Shown here in pieces: positions 49,723 through 59,301 of a DNA stretch of 64,000 nt. This stretch comes from Candidatus Poribacteria bacterium (GTDB lineage: Bacteria > Poribacteria > WGA-4E > WGA-3G), in contig CAXXLX010000001.1 of assembly GCA_963665235.2 (NCBI GenBank), forward strand, positions 2,016,001-2,080,000, written 5' to 3'. A program made the position numbers and the translations under genes. The notes under the pieces were generated by a model, which ran no database searches, had not been told where the DNA came from, and saw only the letters and a program-made list of their open reading frames with translations. Position 1 is the first letter of the stretch; every line of letters starts with the position of its first letter.

Positions 49723-51639
49723 TCAATCCGGCAGGATGCGATATCCGCTGCTAATACCTGTAACCATCCCGGTAATTGCCCATAACCCAGCACATACCAT
49801 CTCCCCGATAACCAACCCCAGAAACACAGGCCGTGCTTGTCGGTATGCCTTCAATCCGCCATATTTCACGATAGCGAATTTCATTCCCCATCCCAGAAAG
49901 ATTGAGAACCACAGTTTGAAGGTCGCCCATGAACTCAACATCGTATAGCCGAGGGGATGCAGGGGCCACCACACAAAGGTCTGCCGCATCCACATCAACC
50001 ATGCCGTGAACCCCCCGCCGAACATAATAAACCCTGTGTTCGTCCAATTGGTAGTCGTTTTCGGAGTAATGAGCAGCCCTTCAAGCTGCCGCATAAACCA
50101 GCTGCCGCCCATATAGGGGGCACCGTGTGCATAACCGACTTTAAGCGCGGAATAGTAAGAGATGCCAAGCCCGATAACCATTGCAACCGCCATTGCAATG
50201 AGCAGTTGTCGGCGTTTGACGCGTGCCTCGTCTGCCGCCTTCAGACCGTTCATAATGTTCGGCATCATAAACTCCCGCAGGTCAAGCGTTAGACACACCG
50301 GGTGCATCAATAACGATGTTAGGGTCGAGGGATGAATTTTTGAGGTGCCGAGGGTTGTGAGAAAAAAGCTTTGCGGTGAAAACGATGGATTGATGAACGG
50401 AATGCCACCGTTAATTACCTGCCACGTCAAGACCACATACATTGCAAGCAGGAATAGCACAAAACCTAACGCGAACAGAATGGACATCCCCATCATGTGA
50501 TTGAAAAAGACCAGCACACATACCCCACCTATAAGTCCAAAGATTGTAACCCCGTAGGGCATTGCCTCATCGGAGGTGCGGGATTGGAACATGTTTTTGA
50601 TGTGGTGTCGCGTTTTCCATAAGGCGATAGCAACAAACACTAAACATGCACCCGCCTCCTGTGCAGCACTGAACGACTTTCCTGTCCATTGAACACCCGG
50701 CCCGGAGGTCAGTTGAAAACCGAGTATTACCCCCAAAAGGCATTGCAGCTTGTAAAACAGAAAGAAAAACCAGATGCTGAAAGAGACCTCTAGGGTTAAC
50801 AGATAGCTAAATCCCACCATTGACCAAAAGATAACAATCTGAAATGGACGCAGGGCATTCCACGGTCTTTCTGTCAGATATTGATTGAGCCAAAAATCGC
50901 GGGGGATATGTGGCACGGCGGGGAAAAACGTGTGGAGCCCGTTCATAGTATGGAGAAATACCGGAAATGCCAATCCGAACCAGAACGCGCTGTTTTTAAA
51001 GAGCGGCCCGAGTCTACCGCTCCCTTGCACCGCCATCTCAACAGGCAATTTGACAAGCGGAAACGCGCAACGTTCATATTCCACCCACTGCTTACGGAGC
51101 AGGACTGAAAGGCACACCATCACGAAATAGATGACCAGCACATAACAACTCCAGATAAGGATAGGGGATATCCACGCGCCCCACGGCACCGCCTCACCTG
51201 CAAACAAGCCTTCATAAAAGGAGCGGATAGCGGACTCGTCACGTACCACACGCCAATGCGGAATATAGTGGTGGAATAGCGATTCCCAATCGTTTTCAGC
51301 CGTGGCAAAATACTGATAGGCTACCATCGGGCTGAGCGCGTAACGCATCATCCCTGAAGATGGGATGCCCGCCGGGGCAAGCATAATGCACCAGATTGTG
51401 ATAAGTTCACCCGGTGAAAAGGCGGATTGCGGGTGAATCTGTTTTAAAAGGACATTAACCCCCAATACAAACAACGTGAGCACAAAGAACGGCCCGACTG
51501 GGAAATGCCCGCCTGCAAGGAAAATGTTACGGATGACGTAATCGTTGTATGGGGCAAGGAGACATTCAATCGTGGCGCACACCAACCCGATGAGTACTGC
51601 ACGCCAAGAGAGACTTGTTCGTGTCCGTTGTTGTATCAC
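49723..51639 (-). CDS. Polytopic membrane protein (DUF6785/DUF6784-like)
   Basis: Many TM helices; RKQWVEYERCAFPL, WWPLHPLGY, KYGGLKAY motifs; family name recalled, not searched. Confidence 0.7.
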   Translation of the reverse strand: MIQQRTRTSLSWRAVLIGLVCATIECLLAPYNDYVIRNIFLAGGHFPVGPFFVLTLFVLGVNVLLKQIHPQSAFSPGELITIWCIMLAPAGIPSSGMMRYALSPMVAYQYFATAENDWESLFHHYIPHWRVVRDESAIRSFYEGLFAGEAVPWGAWISPILIWSCYVLVIYFVMVCLSVLLRKQWVEYERCAFPLVKLPVEMAVQGSGRLGPLFKNSAFWFGLAFPVFLHTMNGLHTFFPAVPHIPRDFWLNQYLTERPWNALRPFQIVIFWSMVGFSYLLTLEVSFSIWFFFLFYKLQCLLGVILGFQLTSGPGVQWTGKSFSAAQEAGACLVFVAIALWKTRHHIKNMFQSRTSDEAMPYGVTIFGLIGGVCVLVFFNHMMGMSILFALGFVLFLLAMYVVLTWQVINGGIPFINPSFSPQSFFLTTLGTSKIHPSTLTSLLMHPVCLTLDLREFMMPNIMNGLKAADEARVKRRQLLIAMAVAMVIGLGISYYSALKVGYAHGAPYMGGSWFMRQLEGLLITPKTTTNWTNTGFIMFGGGFTAWLMWMRQTFVWWPLHPLGYTMLSSWATFKLWFSIFLGWGMKFAIVKYGGLKAYRQARPVFLGLVIGEMVCAGLWAITGMVTGISSGYRILPD

Positions 51640-51680
51640 TATCTGCTCACTTTCGTATTGGTAATAGTGCTATAGTAAAT

Positions 51681-51936
51681 TTTGAAAAAAGTTTTCATCT
51701 AGTATGAGGAGCGGGCTGGTTGCCCGAATACTGGGCGATAAGTTTGCTCCTTAGGGACGCTATGTTTATAGGCACCTGGGTTTTTGTCCAGCTCTTAGTC
51801 CCGTAGGGACGCTATCTTTATAGAAAACCGTTTCCGCCCCGGCTCTTAGTCCCAGTATTCAGGCAAGCAGCCTGCTCTTAAGGACGATATCTTTATAGAA
51901 GTTAGTGCAAACGGACATTTATTATCAAGCTCACGT
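51681..51936. mobile_element. Second copy of the ACGTGAG-type MITE (left TIR degenerate)
   Basis: Collinear with 30886-31146, ends ttatcaagctcacgt. Confidence 0.8.
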
Positions 51937-51989
51937 TTTTAATAATACACCGAGCATCAGATTTTGTAAAGCGGAAAATATGAGCACAG

Positions 51990-52044
51990 TGTCACACTTT
52001 TAACACAGAAAACGCGAGGGGTTGTCATAAAATAGTGGTTTAAT
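51990..52044 (+). promoter_or_regulatory. Pho-box-like promoter of the phosphatase gene
   Basis: TGTCACA (51990), TAACACA (52001), TGTCATA (52023) in 11-bp phase, then N9-TTTAAT. Confidence 0.55.
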
Positions 52045-52095
52045 TTAAAGAATTCGTTTAGAATTGGCATATCAAATAAAAAAAAGAGGAGAAAA

Positions 52096-54021
52096 ATGAA
52101 AAATTTCTTAATATGCATCGGACTACTCTGTTTTAGCGCAGCAATACTTGCACAAGAACCGACTTTTACGGTAACAGAGTACCGGAAAGATATGCTCTTA
52201 GCAAAAGAGCCAGTTGTGACAGGATTTGAAGGGACATTAGCTGTTGTGGAGTTTGAGACGCTGCTTGACGCTCCACCCGCAATCGCTTACTACGGTGTTC
52301 CGCATACGGAGGGCAACTTGACAACGCCCCGGTATCGCAAAAGTGCGAAGGGAATATATATTGATGACAATAAAACACGACATCGCATTAAGCTGGATGT
52401 CTCTAAGCTAGAGGATGTGCATTACGATACAGGCCTCATTGCCAATGGCGGTGGCACGATAGTTTATCGTATAGAGGTTTTCGACACGCGCATACAGACG
52501 ACCCGTGCCTACGACCGGCATTTGCGTTATAAACGTGAAGGCGCGCCTAAAACCGGCACCTATACATCGCTTGTCACCCTGACAGAGGGACCTTTTGTCG
52601 ACCTCGTCACCCATGAGGCTGCCGTTATTTCTTGGGAAACGGACAGGCCGACAGAGGGGCGCGTTTTGTCGAAAAATCGGGAATTTTTATCCCTAGAGCC
52701 TGCTGTACGCCATGAAGTTCGACTCACCAAATTAGAGCCGAATACCGTCCATACCTATCAGGTACATTACGGTGTCTATACACCCACCTATACCTTCAAA
52801 ACTGCCCCCGAGCCGGGAAAAAGTGCCAATTTTAAGTTTGGGTTCATGTCAGATTCTCGGGCTGGCGTTGGCGGTGGCGAACGTGCACAGAATGGGGTCA
52901 ACGCGAAGGATTTAGGACGTTTCGCCATTGAGCTCTATAACAGAAACGCCGATTTCGTCTGTTTCGGGGGTGACCTCATAAACGGGTACACCTCTGACGT
53001 GCGCGATTTTGAATCACAACTTGAAACCTGGAAGCGCACAATTCAACCTGTCGGTGCAAATATTCCTTTTTACGAGGCAATTGGCAACCACGAACAGGTC
53101 GGCACATATTACAAGGTCAAAGCCCCGCATCTTAAGCCGGATGAATACTACATCCAATTCACAGGAACAGTCGGTGAAGAGAGTGCGGAGGCAATCTTTG
53201 CCCGAGAATTTGTCAATCCCACCGGCAGTCGATACGGAACCGGGGTACCGATGCCTGAAGCAAAAGTCGACAGTGATATGGGTGGACCTGAGACCGGGCC
53301 TACCTACGATGAAAATGTTTACTCCTTCAACTACGGACGTATCCATTTTATTTCTTTAAACACAAATTATTGGTCAACCGGTTATAGAAATTTAAGCGAG
53401 TTCGGCCAGAAATCGCAGGACAAAACGGCAATTAACATTGCGCTTAAACACCTCGGGGGCAACCGGGAGGGGTATGTTATGGCGAACCAGTTGGCCTGGT
53501 TGAAGCAGGAATTGGCCGCCGCTCAAAAAGATGACACCGTGGACTGGGTGTTCATTTTCCTCCACGAGCCGCCGTTTCCGAATGGGGGCCATGTCAAAGA
53601 TGCGATGTATTGGGGTACCCCCGGTGAGGGGAAGTTCGGAGGCTACAACGATAAAACCGCGCCACTCGGAGATGTGCTAGATATGCGGAATCGGTTTTGG
53701 AAAATTGTCGCTAGTACACCGAAGGTATTAGCCGTGCTTTGTGGAGACGAACACAATTATAGCCGAACGCTAATAGATTCATCGGTGCATCCGGAGTACC
53801 AACTTCCTGTATGGCAGATTATCAGCGGTGGATGTGGCGCGCCCTATTATGTTCAGGATAAATCCGTTCCGTGGGTTGACAACGTCAAGGCGTTCACAAT
53901 TGATAAACATTACTGCCTTTTCATCGTCGATGGCGATAAAATCGGGTTGGAGGTCTATAACGATAGCAATCAAAAGCTGGATAGCATCTCAAATCTGACA
54001 ACGATTCGCACCAAACGATAG
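52096..54021 (+). CDS. Secreted purple-acid-phosphatase-like metallophosphoesterase with Fn3 domain
   Basis: MSDSR, GGDLING, AIGNHE, FLHEP, GDEHNY; Fn3 ISWETD...LEPNTVHTY. Confidence 0.85.
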   Translation: MKNFLICIGLLCFSAAILAQEPTFTVTEYRKDMLLAKEPVVTGFEGTLAVVEFETLLDAPPAIAYYGVPHTEGNLTTPRYRKSAKGIYIDDNKTRHRIKLDVSKLEDVHYDTGLIANGGGTIVYRIEVFDTRIQTTRAYDRHLRYKREGAPKTGTYTSLVTLTEGPFVDLVTHEAAVISWETDRPTEGRVLSKNREFLSLEPAVRHEVRLTKLEPNTVHTYQVHYGVYTPTYTFKTAPEPGKSANFKFGFMSDSRAGVGGGERAQNGVNAKDLGRFAIELYNRNADFVCFGGDLINGYTSDVRDFESQLETWKRTIQPVGANIPFYEAIGNHEQVGTYYKVKAPHLKPDEYYIQFTGTVGEESAEAIFAREFVNPTGSRYGTGVPMPEAKVDSDMGGPETGPTYDENVYSFNYGRIHFISLNTNYWSTGYRNLSEFGQKSQDKTAINIALKHLGGNREGYVMANQLAWLKQELAAAQKDDTVDWVFIFLHEPPFPNGGHVKDAMYWGTPGEGKFGGYNDKTAPLGDVLDMRNRFWKIVASTPKVLAVLCGDEHNYSRTLIDSSVHPEYQLPVWQIISGGCGAPYYVQDKSVPWVDNVKAFTIDKHYCLFIVDGDKIGLEVYNDSNQKLDSISNLTTIRTKR

Positions 54022-54035
54022 CTCTTTTGTCAAAA

Positions 54036-54079
54036 AGCCATACTTTTGTCCCATTTTTGCAACAATTACGCGCTATAAT
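54036..54079 (+). promoter_or_regulatory. Pho-box-like promoter of the pst operon
   Basis: AGCCATA (54036), TGTCCCA (54047), TGCAACA (54058) in 11-bp phase, then N9-TATAAT. Confidence 0.55.
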
Positions 54080-54231
54080 TACTATAGTTTGGACAATATC
54101 TGTGAGGTTGATGCACGATTTTCAAAGCATTTCTGATTTTTCTCTAAGTTTCTCACACACGGACAAATAGGAGAAAAATAGGATAGGATGTGCGAAAACG
54201 CAGCCCCAGCGGGGCGTTATGTCTATAAGGC

Positions 54232-54345
54232 CAGGGCTTCACATCGCGTTGATAAAGTCCATAGATAATGGGATGTAAAGCGGGACCTAGCGGGCGAGGT
54301 GACCTCGCCCCTACGATGCTACATGCTAAATTTGCATAAGTCCTG
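54232..54345. mobile_element. AGGACTTA-type MITE, inverted homolog of 29151-29290
   Basis: Reverse complement reads caggacttatgcaaatttag...cgcccgctagg...atcccattatc...ggactttatcaacg. Confidence 0.75.
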
Positions 54346-54513
54346 TAAGACATTATGCCGGTTTAATTGTAGTCCTTCTGTTTCGTTAGCAGTTGCGGTG
54401 TGTAGGGGCGGGGTTTCCCCGCCCGCTTTGAGGTTATCCGTATTCATAGGACGGGGGGACCCCGCCCCTACGAGGTTCACAAGCAGACTCTGATTAAATC
54501 ATTATAATGTCTA
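54346..54513. mobile_element. MITE (AGACATTAT ends) containing an inverted pair of GTAG REPs
   Basis: agacattat ... ataatgtct ends; gtaggggcggggtttccccgccc and ggacggggggaccccgcccctac. Confidence 0.75.
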
Positions 54514-54534
54514 TTCAATAGGAGAGGCAGGCAC

Positions 54535-55458
54535 ATGGAAAAAGGAAGCTGGATTAGTTACGTTATTATAGGCGTTCTTGTTTTTTCAGTATACGGTTTT
54601 GTCTTTCGCGGGGGTTCATCAGAGCAGGCGGATGTGAACGGCGTGGATAAAGCATCGGGACACATCAGGATCAAGAACAAAGGCTCAGATACGATGGTAA
54701 ATTTGGCGCAAGCTTGGTCAGAGGCATATGAAGATGTCTCTGATACGGCATCCGTTGACGTGTCAGGCGGCGGCTCCGGAACAGGAGTTGCTGCGTTAAT
54801 CAACGGAACTGTGGATATCGCAAACTGTAGTCGTCAGATAAAACCCAAGGAGCTGGAACAAGCCGAGAAAAACACCGGCAAAGTGCCGCAGGAATTCATC
54901 GTTGGATATGATGCGCTTGCTGTTTACGTCCATAAGAATAACCCGCTGGACCGCGTTACTATTCGCGAGCTTGCGGAAATTTACGGTGAAGATGGTAAGA
55001 TAACCGAATGGAAGCATCTCGGGATTGCACATGCAGCCTGCCAAAGTGACAGAATTATCCGCATTAGTCGGCAGTCCAACTCCGGAACCTACTTCTATTT
55101 TCGGGAGGCACTGCTCGGCAAATCGCGCGACTTTGAACTAGGCTCTCTCGATTTGCACGGTTCTAAAGATGTGGTAGAGGTTGTCGGCCGAACGCCTTGT
55201 GCCATCGGTTATAGCGGAATGGGATATGCGACAACGCATGTCAAGATGTTAAAGGTTGCAATAGCCGATGGCGAAGCATATTACTCACCGAATCTTGAGA
55301 ACGTCATAGCGAAAACCTATCCCATTGCACGACCACTGTATATGTATTCGCTCGGTGAACCCATTGGACAAGTGAAGCTCTATCTGGATTGGATTTTATC
55401 GGAAGAGGGACAAAAAATTGTCGAAAAGCTCGGTTTTGTGCCGCTAGAACGCAACTAA
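54535..55458 (+). CDS. pstS: Phosphate ABC transporter substrate-binding protein
   Basis: KGSDTM, GGGSGTG, CSR, SRQSNSGTY, YPIARPLY. Confidence 0.95.
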   Translation: MEKGSWISYVIIGVLVFSVYGFVFRGGSSEQADVNGVDKASGHIRIKNKGSDTMVNLAQAWSEAYEDVSDTASVDVSGGGSGTGVAALINGTVDIANCSRQIKPKELEQAEKNTGKVPQEFIVGYDALAVYVHKNNPLDRVTIRELAEIYGEDGKITEWKHLGIAHAACQSDRIIRISRQSNSGTYFYFREALLGKSRDFELGSLDLHGSKDVVEVVGRTPCAIGYSGMGYATTHVKMLKVAIADGEAYYSPNLENVIAKTYPIARPLYMYSLGEPIGQVKLYLDWILSEEGQKIVEKLGFVPLERN

Positions 55459-55476
55459 GGAACGTTTAAACATCAC

Positions 55477-56745
55477 ATGAATTTTATACGAACCTGTTTC
55501 GGATTTAAAGGACGAATCAATAGAGCGGCATGGTGGTTGCTAAACGCACCAATCTTGGCTATCTTTGCAATAGCGGTAATTGCTTACGATTTTCCCGCTA
55601 AATTCTCACCTGAATTGATTCCGTTGTTCGCACTCGCTTGGGTACATTTAGCTGTCAGTGCCAAACGGTGGCAGGACAGAGGAAAATCTGCAGGGTGGCT
55701 CCTATTTCATCTTATCCCCCTAGTTGCTGTGATTTGTATGCTATTAGCCCAAGCATCCTCAGGCTGGTGGCGCCTGTTTTATCTCATCGCGATTGTTCAC
55801 GGACTCTGGACCCTCATAGAATTAGGTTTTAAGAGAGGCGTGAAGGGAGACAATCGGTTTGGCCCTGATTCAGAGACAACCTCTGAACCGGTAATTGACC
55901 TCTATATTCAACTATGCGGGATTAGCTCAATCCTCTTCGTTTTCGGTATCTTTTTCTTTGTCTTCAAGGAGGGTGCCGGTTTCCTTTTTAACGGTCTAAA
56001 TTTAGGGGAATTTTTGACCAGTGAAGAGTGGTATCCAACATCTCTTAAAAACAAAAGATACGGCACCTTTGCACTGATTTTGGGAACGCTCAGTGTAACT
56101 GGCTTAGCGATGTTTCTTGCAGTACCGTTTGGCCTTGGAGCAGCGATTTTTGTGTCAGAATTCTGTAGTCCTAAGTTGAGAGAGACGTTCAAAATTGTAA
56201 TCGAATTCCTCGCTGCGATTCCATCAGTCGTTTGGGGATTTATCGGTTTGACCTTGATGAATCAGTTGATAATAGAGGTTTTTAACGCACCTATCGGTTT
56301 AACGATGGTAAACGGGGGCATCATGCTAGCACTAATGAGCGTTCCGATAATCGTCTCCATAGCGGAAGATGCCCTGAAAGCGGTGCCGGACTCCTACCGT
56401 GAAGCAGCCGAGGCACTCGGTGCAACCCGATGGCAGGTAATTTACCGCGTACTTTTACCGGCAGCGAAAAATGGGTTGTTAGCCGCAGTCTTACTCGGCG
56501 CAGCGCGGTCTATCGGAGAAACGATGGCGGTTTTAATGGCAACCGGGCACTCGGTCAACCTCCCGACAAACCCACTCTCTTGGATTCGCACCCTCACAGC
56601 AACAATCGCCGCAGAATTGGGAGAAGTCGCAAGAGGTGCTGAACATTACCAAGTGCTATTTCTCATCGGGGTTCTGCTTTTTTCTATTACGTTTGTAGTA
56701 AACCTCATCGCAGATTTGGTTATCAAGGGTATACGGCAAAACTAA
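55477..56745 (+). CDS. pstC: Phosphate ABC permease PstC with N-terminal DUF805-like domain
   Basis: N-terminal FKGRINR...KRWQDRGKS...GDNRFGPD; PstC LAAIPSVVWG, EAAEALGATRW, GETMAV, TLTATIA. Confidence 0.9.
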   Translation: MNFIRTCFGFKGRINRAAWWLLNAPILAIFAIAVIAYDFPAKFSPELIPLFALAWVHLAVSAKRWQDRGKSAGWLLFHLIPLVAVICMLLAQASSGWWRLFYLIAIVHGLWTLIELGFKRGVKGDNRFGPDSETTSEPVIDLYIQLCGISSILFVFGIFFFVFKEGAGFLFNGLNLGEFLTSEEWYPTSLKNKRYGTFALILGTLSVTGLAMFLAVPFGLGAAIFVSEFCSPKLRETFKIVIEFLAAIPSVVWGFIGLTLMNQLIIEVFNAPIGLTMVNGGIMLALMSVPIIVSIAEDALKAVPDSYREAAEALGATRWQVIYRVLLPAAKNGLLAAVLLGAARSIGETMAVLMATGHSVNLPTNPLSWIRTLTATIAAELGEVARGAEHYQVLFLIGVLLFSITFVVNLIADLVIKGIRQN

Positions 56746-57053
56746 TACCATTTTTATTAATTATTCTATCATTACCGGTTGTTAGAAATGAAACGGAGAA
56801 CGGAAGACCCAAACTGGAAGTTTATGCTACGATAAAACGCACAAACTGGAAGTTTATGCTACGATAAAACGCACAAACTGGAAGTTTATGCTACGATAAA
56901 ACGCACAAACTGGAAGTTTATGCTACGATAAAACGCACAAACTGGAAGTTTATGCTACGATAAAACGCACAAACTGGAAGTTTATGCTACGATAAAACGC
57001 ACAAACTGGAAGTTTATGCTACTACAAAGAGACATTTTCAATTAGAAATGGTA
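56746..57053 (+). mobile_element. TIR element (TACCATTT ends, TAA target duplication) carrying 7 tandem REP hairpins, 32-bp period
   Basis: TAA|TACCATTT...AAATGGTA|TAA; left TAA is the pstC stop codon; units at 56811 to 57003. Confidence 0.88.
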
Positions 57054-57071
57054 TAACAAAGTAGGAAATAT

Positions 57072-58007
57072 ATGGATAACAATACAGAGAATAACCCGCA
57101 GGAGCTCACGCCTACAGAAGCGATGTTTACGGAAACAGCTATCGGGCAGCGGAGCCGATTTATAGAAAACGGGGTGAAAATTTTTCTCCTCATCATGACA
57201 TGTTTGATGATTCTACCCCTGCTTCTCATCATCGGTTACCTTTTCTATAAGGCACTGCCAGTACTATCCTTCGATTTTCTGTTCACCAACCCAAAGGATA
57301 ACATGCGGGCAGGCGGATTATGGGCACCGTTTCTCGGCACGATATATCTCGTCGTGGTTTCGCTCTTAGTCGCAGCACCGATTGGTGTTTTCTCTGCTGT
57401 TTACCTCAACGAGTATGCCCGTGATAATTGGTTCACACGTCTAGTGAACTTGGCGGTTGTGAATCTTGCGGGGGTTCCAAGTATCGTTCACGCGCTCTTC
57501 GGTGTGGGGGCATTCGTTTTGTTTGCAGGTTTGGGCGAGTCCATTCTCGCCGCGTCCTTCACCTTAGCCATTATGACGTTGCCTGTTATCATCGCAAGCA
57601 CGAAAGAGGCACTCAACGCGGTGCCGATGGCTTTCCGGGAGGCGTGTTGGAACCTCGGCGCAACGCGCTGGCAAACTATTCGCCGGATTGTGCTTCCCAA
57701 CTCTATTAGCGGTATTCTAACAGGTGTTATCCTACAGGTCTCTCGGGCCGCCGGGGAAACTGCACCGATTATGTTTACTGGCGCGGTTTTTTATAAAGCT
57801 ATTGCAGAAGGAGACATTTTCGCATATAATGTAACTGACCAGTGTATGGCACTTTCATTGCACCTCTACACTATTTCAACACAGGTGCCAGACGTGACAG
57901 ACGGAATTCCTTACGGCACAGCGATTGTGCTTGTAGGGAGCGTACTCCTCGTTAACGCAGCAGCAATCGCGCTCCGGGTATATCTTAGAACGCGAAAGAA
58001 GTGGTAA
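57072..58007 (+). CDS. pstA: Phosphate ABC permease PstA
   Basis: AVYLNEYA, LAGVPSIV, LGATRWQTI, RAAGETAPI. Confidence 0.93.
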   Translation: MDNNTENNPQELTPTEAMFTETAIGQRSRFIENGVKIFLLIMTCLMILPLLLIIGYLFYKALPVLSFDFLFTNPKDNMRAGGLWAPFLGTIYLVVVSLLVAAPIGVFSAVYLNEYARDNWFTRLVNLAVVNLAGVPSIVHALFGVGAFVLFAGLGESILAASFTLAIMTLPVIIASTKEALNAVPMAFREACWNLGATRWQTIRRIVLPNSISGILTGVILQVSRAAGETAPIMFTGAVFYKAIAEGDIFAYNVTDQCMALSLHLYTISTQVPDVTDGIPYGTAIVLVGSVLLVNAAAIALRVYLRTRKKW

Positions 58008-58099
58008 CGTTTCGGCTCGGGCTGGCTTGAGGTGCCATTCACGGGTAACCTCAATTTCCTTAACGAGGTTGCTATCTCGCCGAAAAGGCGTAAAATAGG

Positions 58100-58885
58100 A
58101 TGCTACCTATGTTGAATTATGTTGAAGGGGAAATAACCGGTCTACGGAAAACGTTAGGAGATATTATAGAAGGGGCTATCTTTACCGGAATCATTCAATT
58201 TCTGATTCTTGCCTCTGCTGTTGCCTTCGTTCTGGAAACTGAAACCGAATTTGCTGAATACAAAAGACTTTTTGACATTGCAGATTGGGCCTTTCTGGTG
58301 TTGTTTTCGTTGGAATACATTTTACGTATCTACACCGCGCCTGACAGAAAAAAATTCATATTCAGTTTTTTCGGAATTGTCGACCTATTCGCCATTTTAC
58401 CATCGCTTGTGCTCATCCCAGGGTTGGGACAGGTGCCCGGGTTCCGCGTGCTACGGGTTCTCAGATTCTTGCGGGTCTTTAGAATCTTTAAGGCAACCCG
58501 GTTCATCCTGGCAGTCGATAGAATGATTGATGCCCTCGGGGAAGTCAAACGGGAAGTGCTAGCACTTGTCATTCTATCGTCAATGTTAGTCTACTTAGCT
58601 GCATGCGGTATCCACTACTTTGAAAGGAACGAACAACCTGAAAAGTTTGGCTCTATTCCGGATGCAATGTGGTGGGCTATTGTCACCCTTACTACAATCG
58701 GTTATGGCGATGTCTACCCTGTAACCGCAGGCGGAAAAGTATTCACCGCTCTCGTCGCTTTAGTCGGTGTAGGACTTATCGCTATCCCATCGGGACTGTT
58801 AGCCTCCGTTCTCACCAAAGCACGGGTTGAAGAGGAGAAAGCCGAAGAAAAAGAGGAACAGGATGAAACGGAAATCCCGGATTAA
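58100..58885 (+). CDS. 6TM voltage-gated-type potassium channel
   Basis: S4 RVLRVLRFLRVFRIFK; pore WWAIVTLTTIGYGD. Confidence 0.92.
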   Translation: MLPMLNYVEGEITGLRKTLGDIIEGAIFTGIIQFLILASAVAFVLETETEFAEYKRLFDIADWAFLVLFSLEYILRIYTAPDRKKFIFSFFGIVDLFAILPSLVLIPGLGQVPGFRVLRVLRFLRVFRIFKATRFILAVDRMIDALGEVKREVLALVILSSMLVYLAACGIHYFERNEQPEKFGSIPDAMWWAIVTLTTIGYGDVYPVTAGGKVFTALVALVGVGLIAIPSGLLASVLTKARVEEEKAEEKEEQDETEIPD

Positions 58886-59213
58886 ACGATACGGCTCTAG
58901 AATACTTATCGGCATGTTTGTGTTAGTCCTTTTAGGCGGATGCGGCATCTACTACTTTGAAAAGAACGAACAACCTGAAATATTTGGTTCTTTTTGGGGT
59001 ACGATATGGTGGTCTATCCGCACAATCGGCCCAACCGAGGAGGAAGGTATGATCTCGGTAACCACTGGCGGCCAAATTGCCGAAGTCATAGTCGCTCTCG
59101 CCGGTTTCACGATTGTAATTACTGTAGCAGCATTGTTGATGTATATAATCATTGAAACACGGTTTGATATAGAACAACTCCGAAAAGAGATGAGAGACGA
59201 TGACCAAACTTGA
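58863..59213 (+). CDS. Pore-only (2TM) channel paralog with altered selectivity filter
   Basis: CGIYYFEKNEQPEIFGS matches upstream CGIHYFERNEQPEKFGS; TIGYGD is replaced by TIGPTEEEG. Confidence 0.7.
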   Translation: MKRKSRIKRYGSRILIGMFVLVLLGGCGIYYFEKNEQPEIFGSFWGTIWWSIRTIGPTEEEGMISVTTGGQIAEVIVALAGFTIVITVAALLMYIIIETRFDIEQLRKEMRDDDQT

Positions 59214-59301
59214 CTATAATCTACTTTTTCAGAAAACACACATCAGAATTACAACAAACGTAAGGGTTGGGTCCCCCAACCCGTCCTAAAATGGAGAAAA
59301 C

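Noticed and set aside
57029-57057. Outward promoter formed by the element end (GAGACA-N17-TATAAC)
   Set aside because: The -10 lacks the conserved final T and is weaker still in the other copy (TATTAC); insufficient without TSS data
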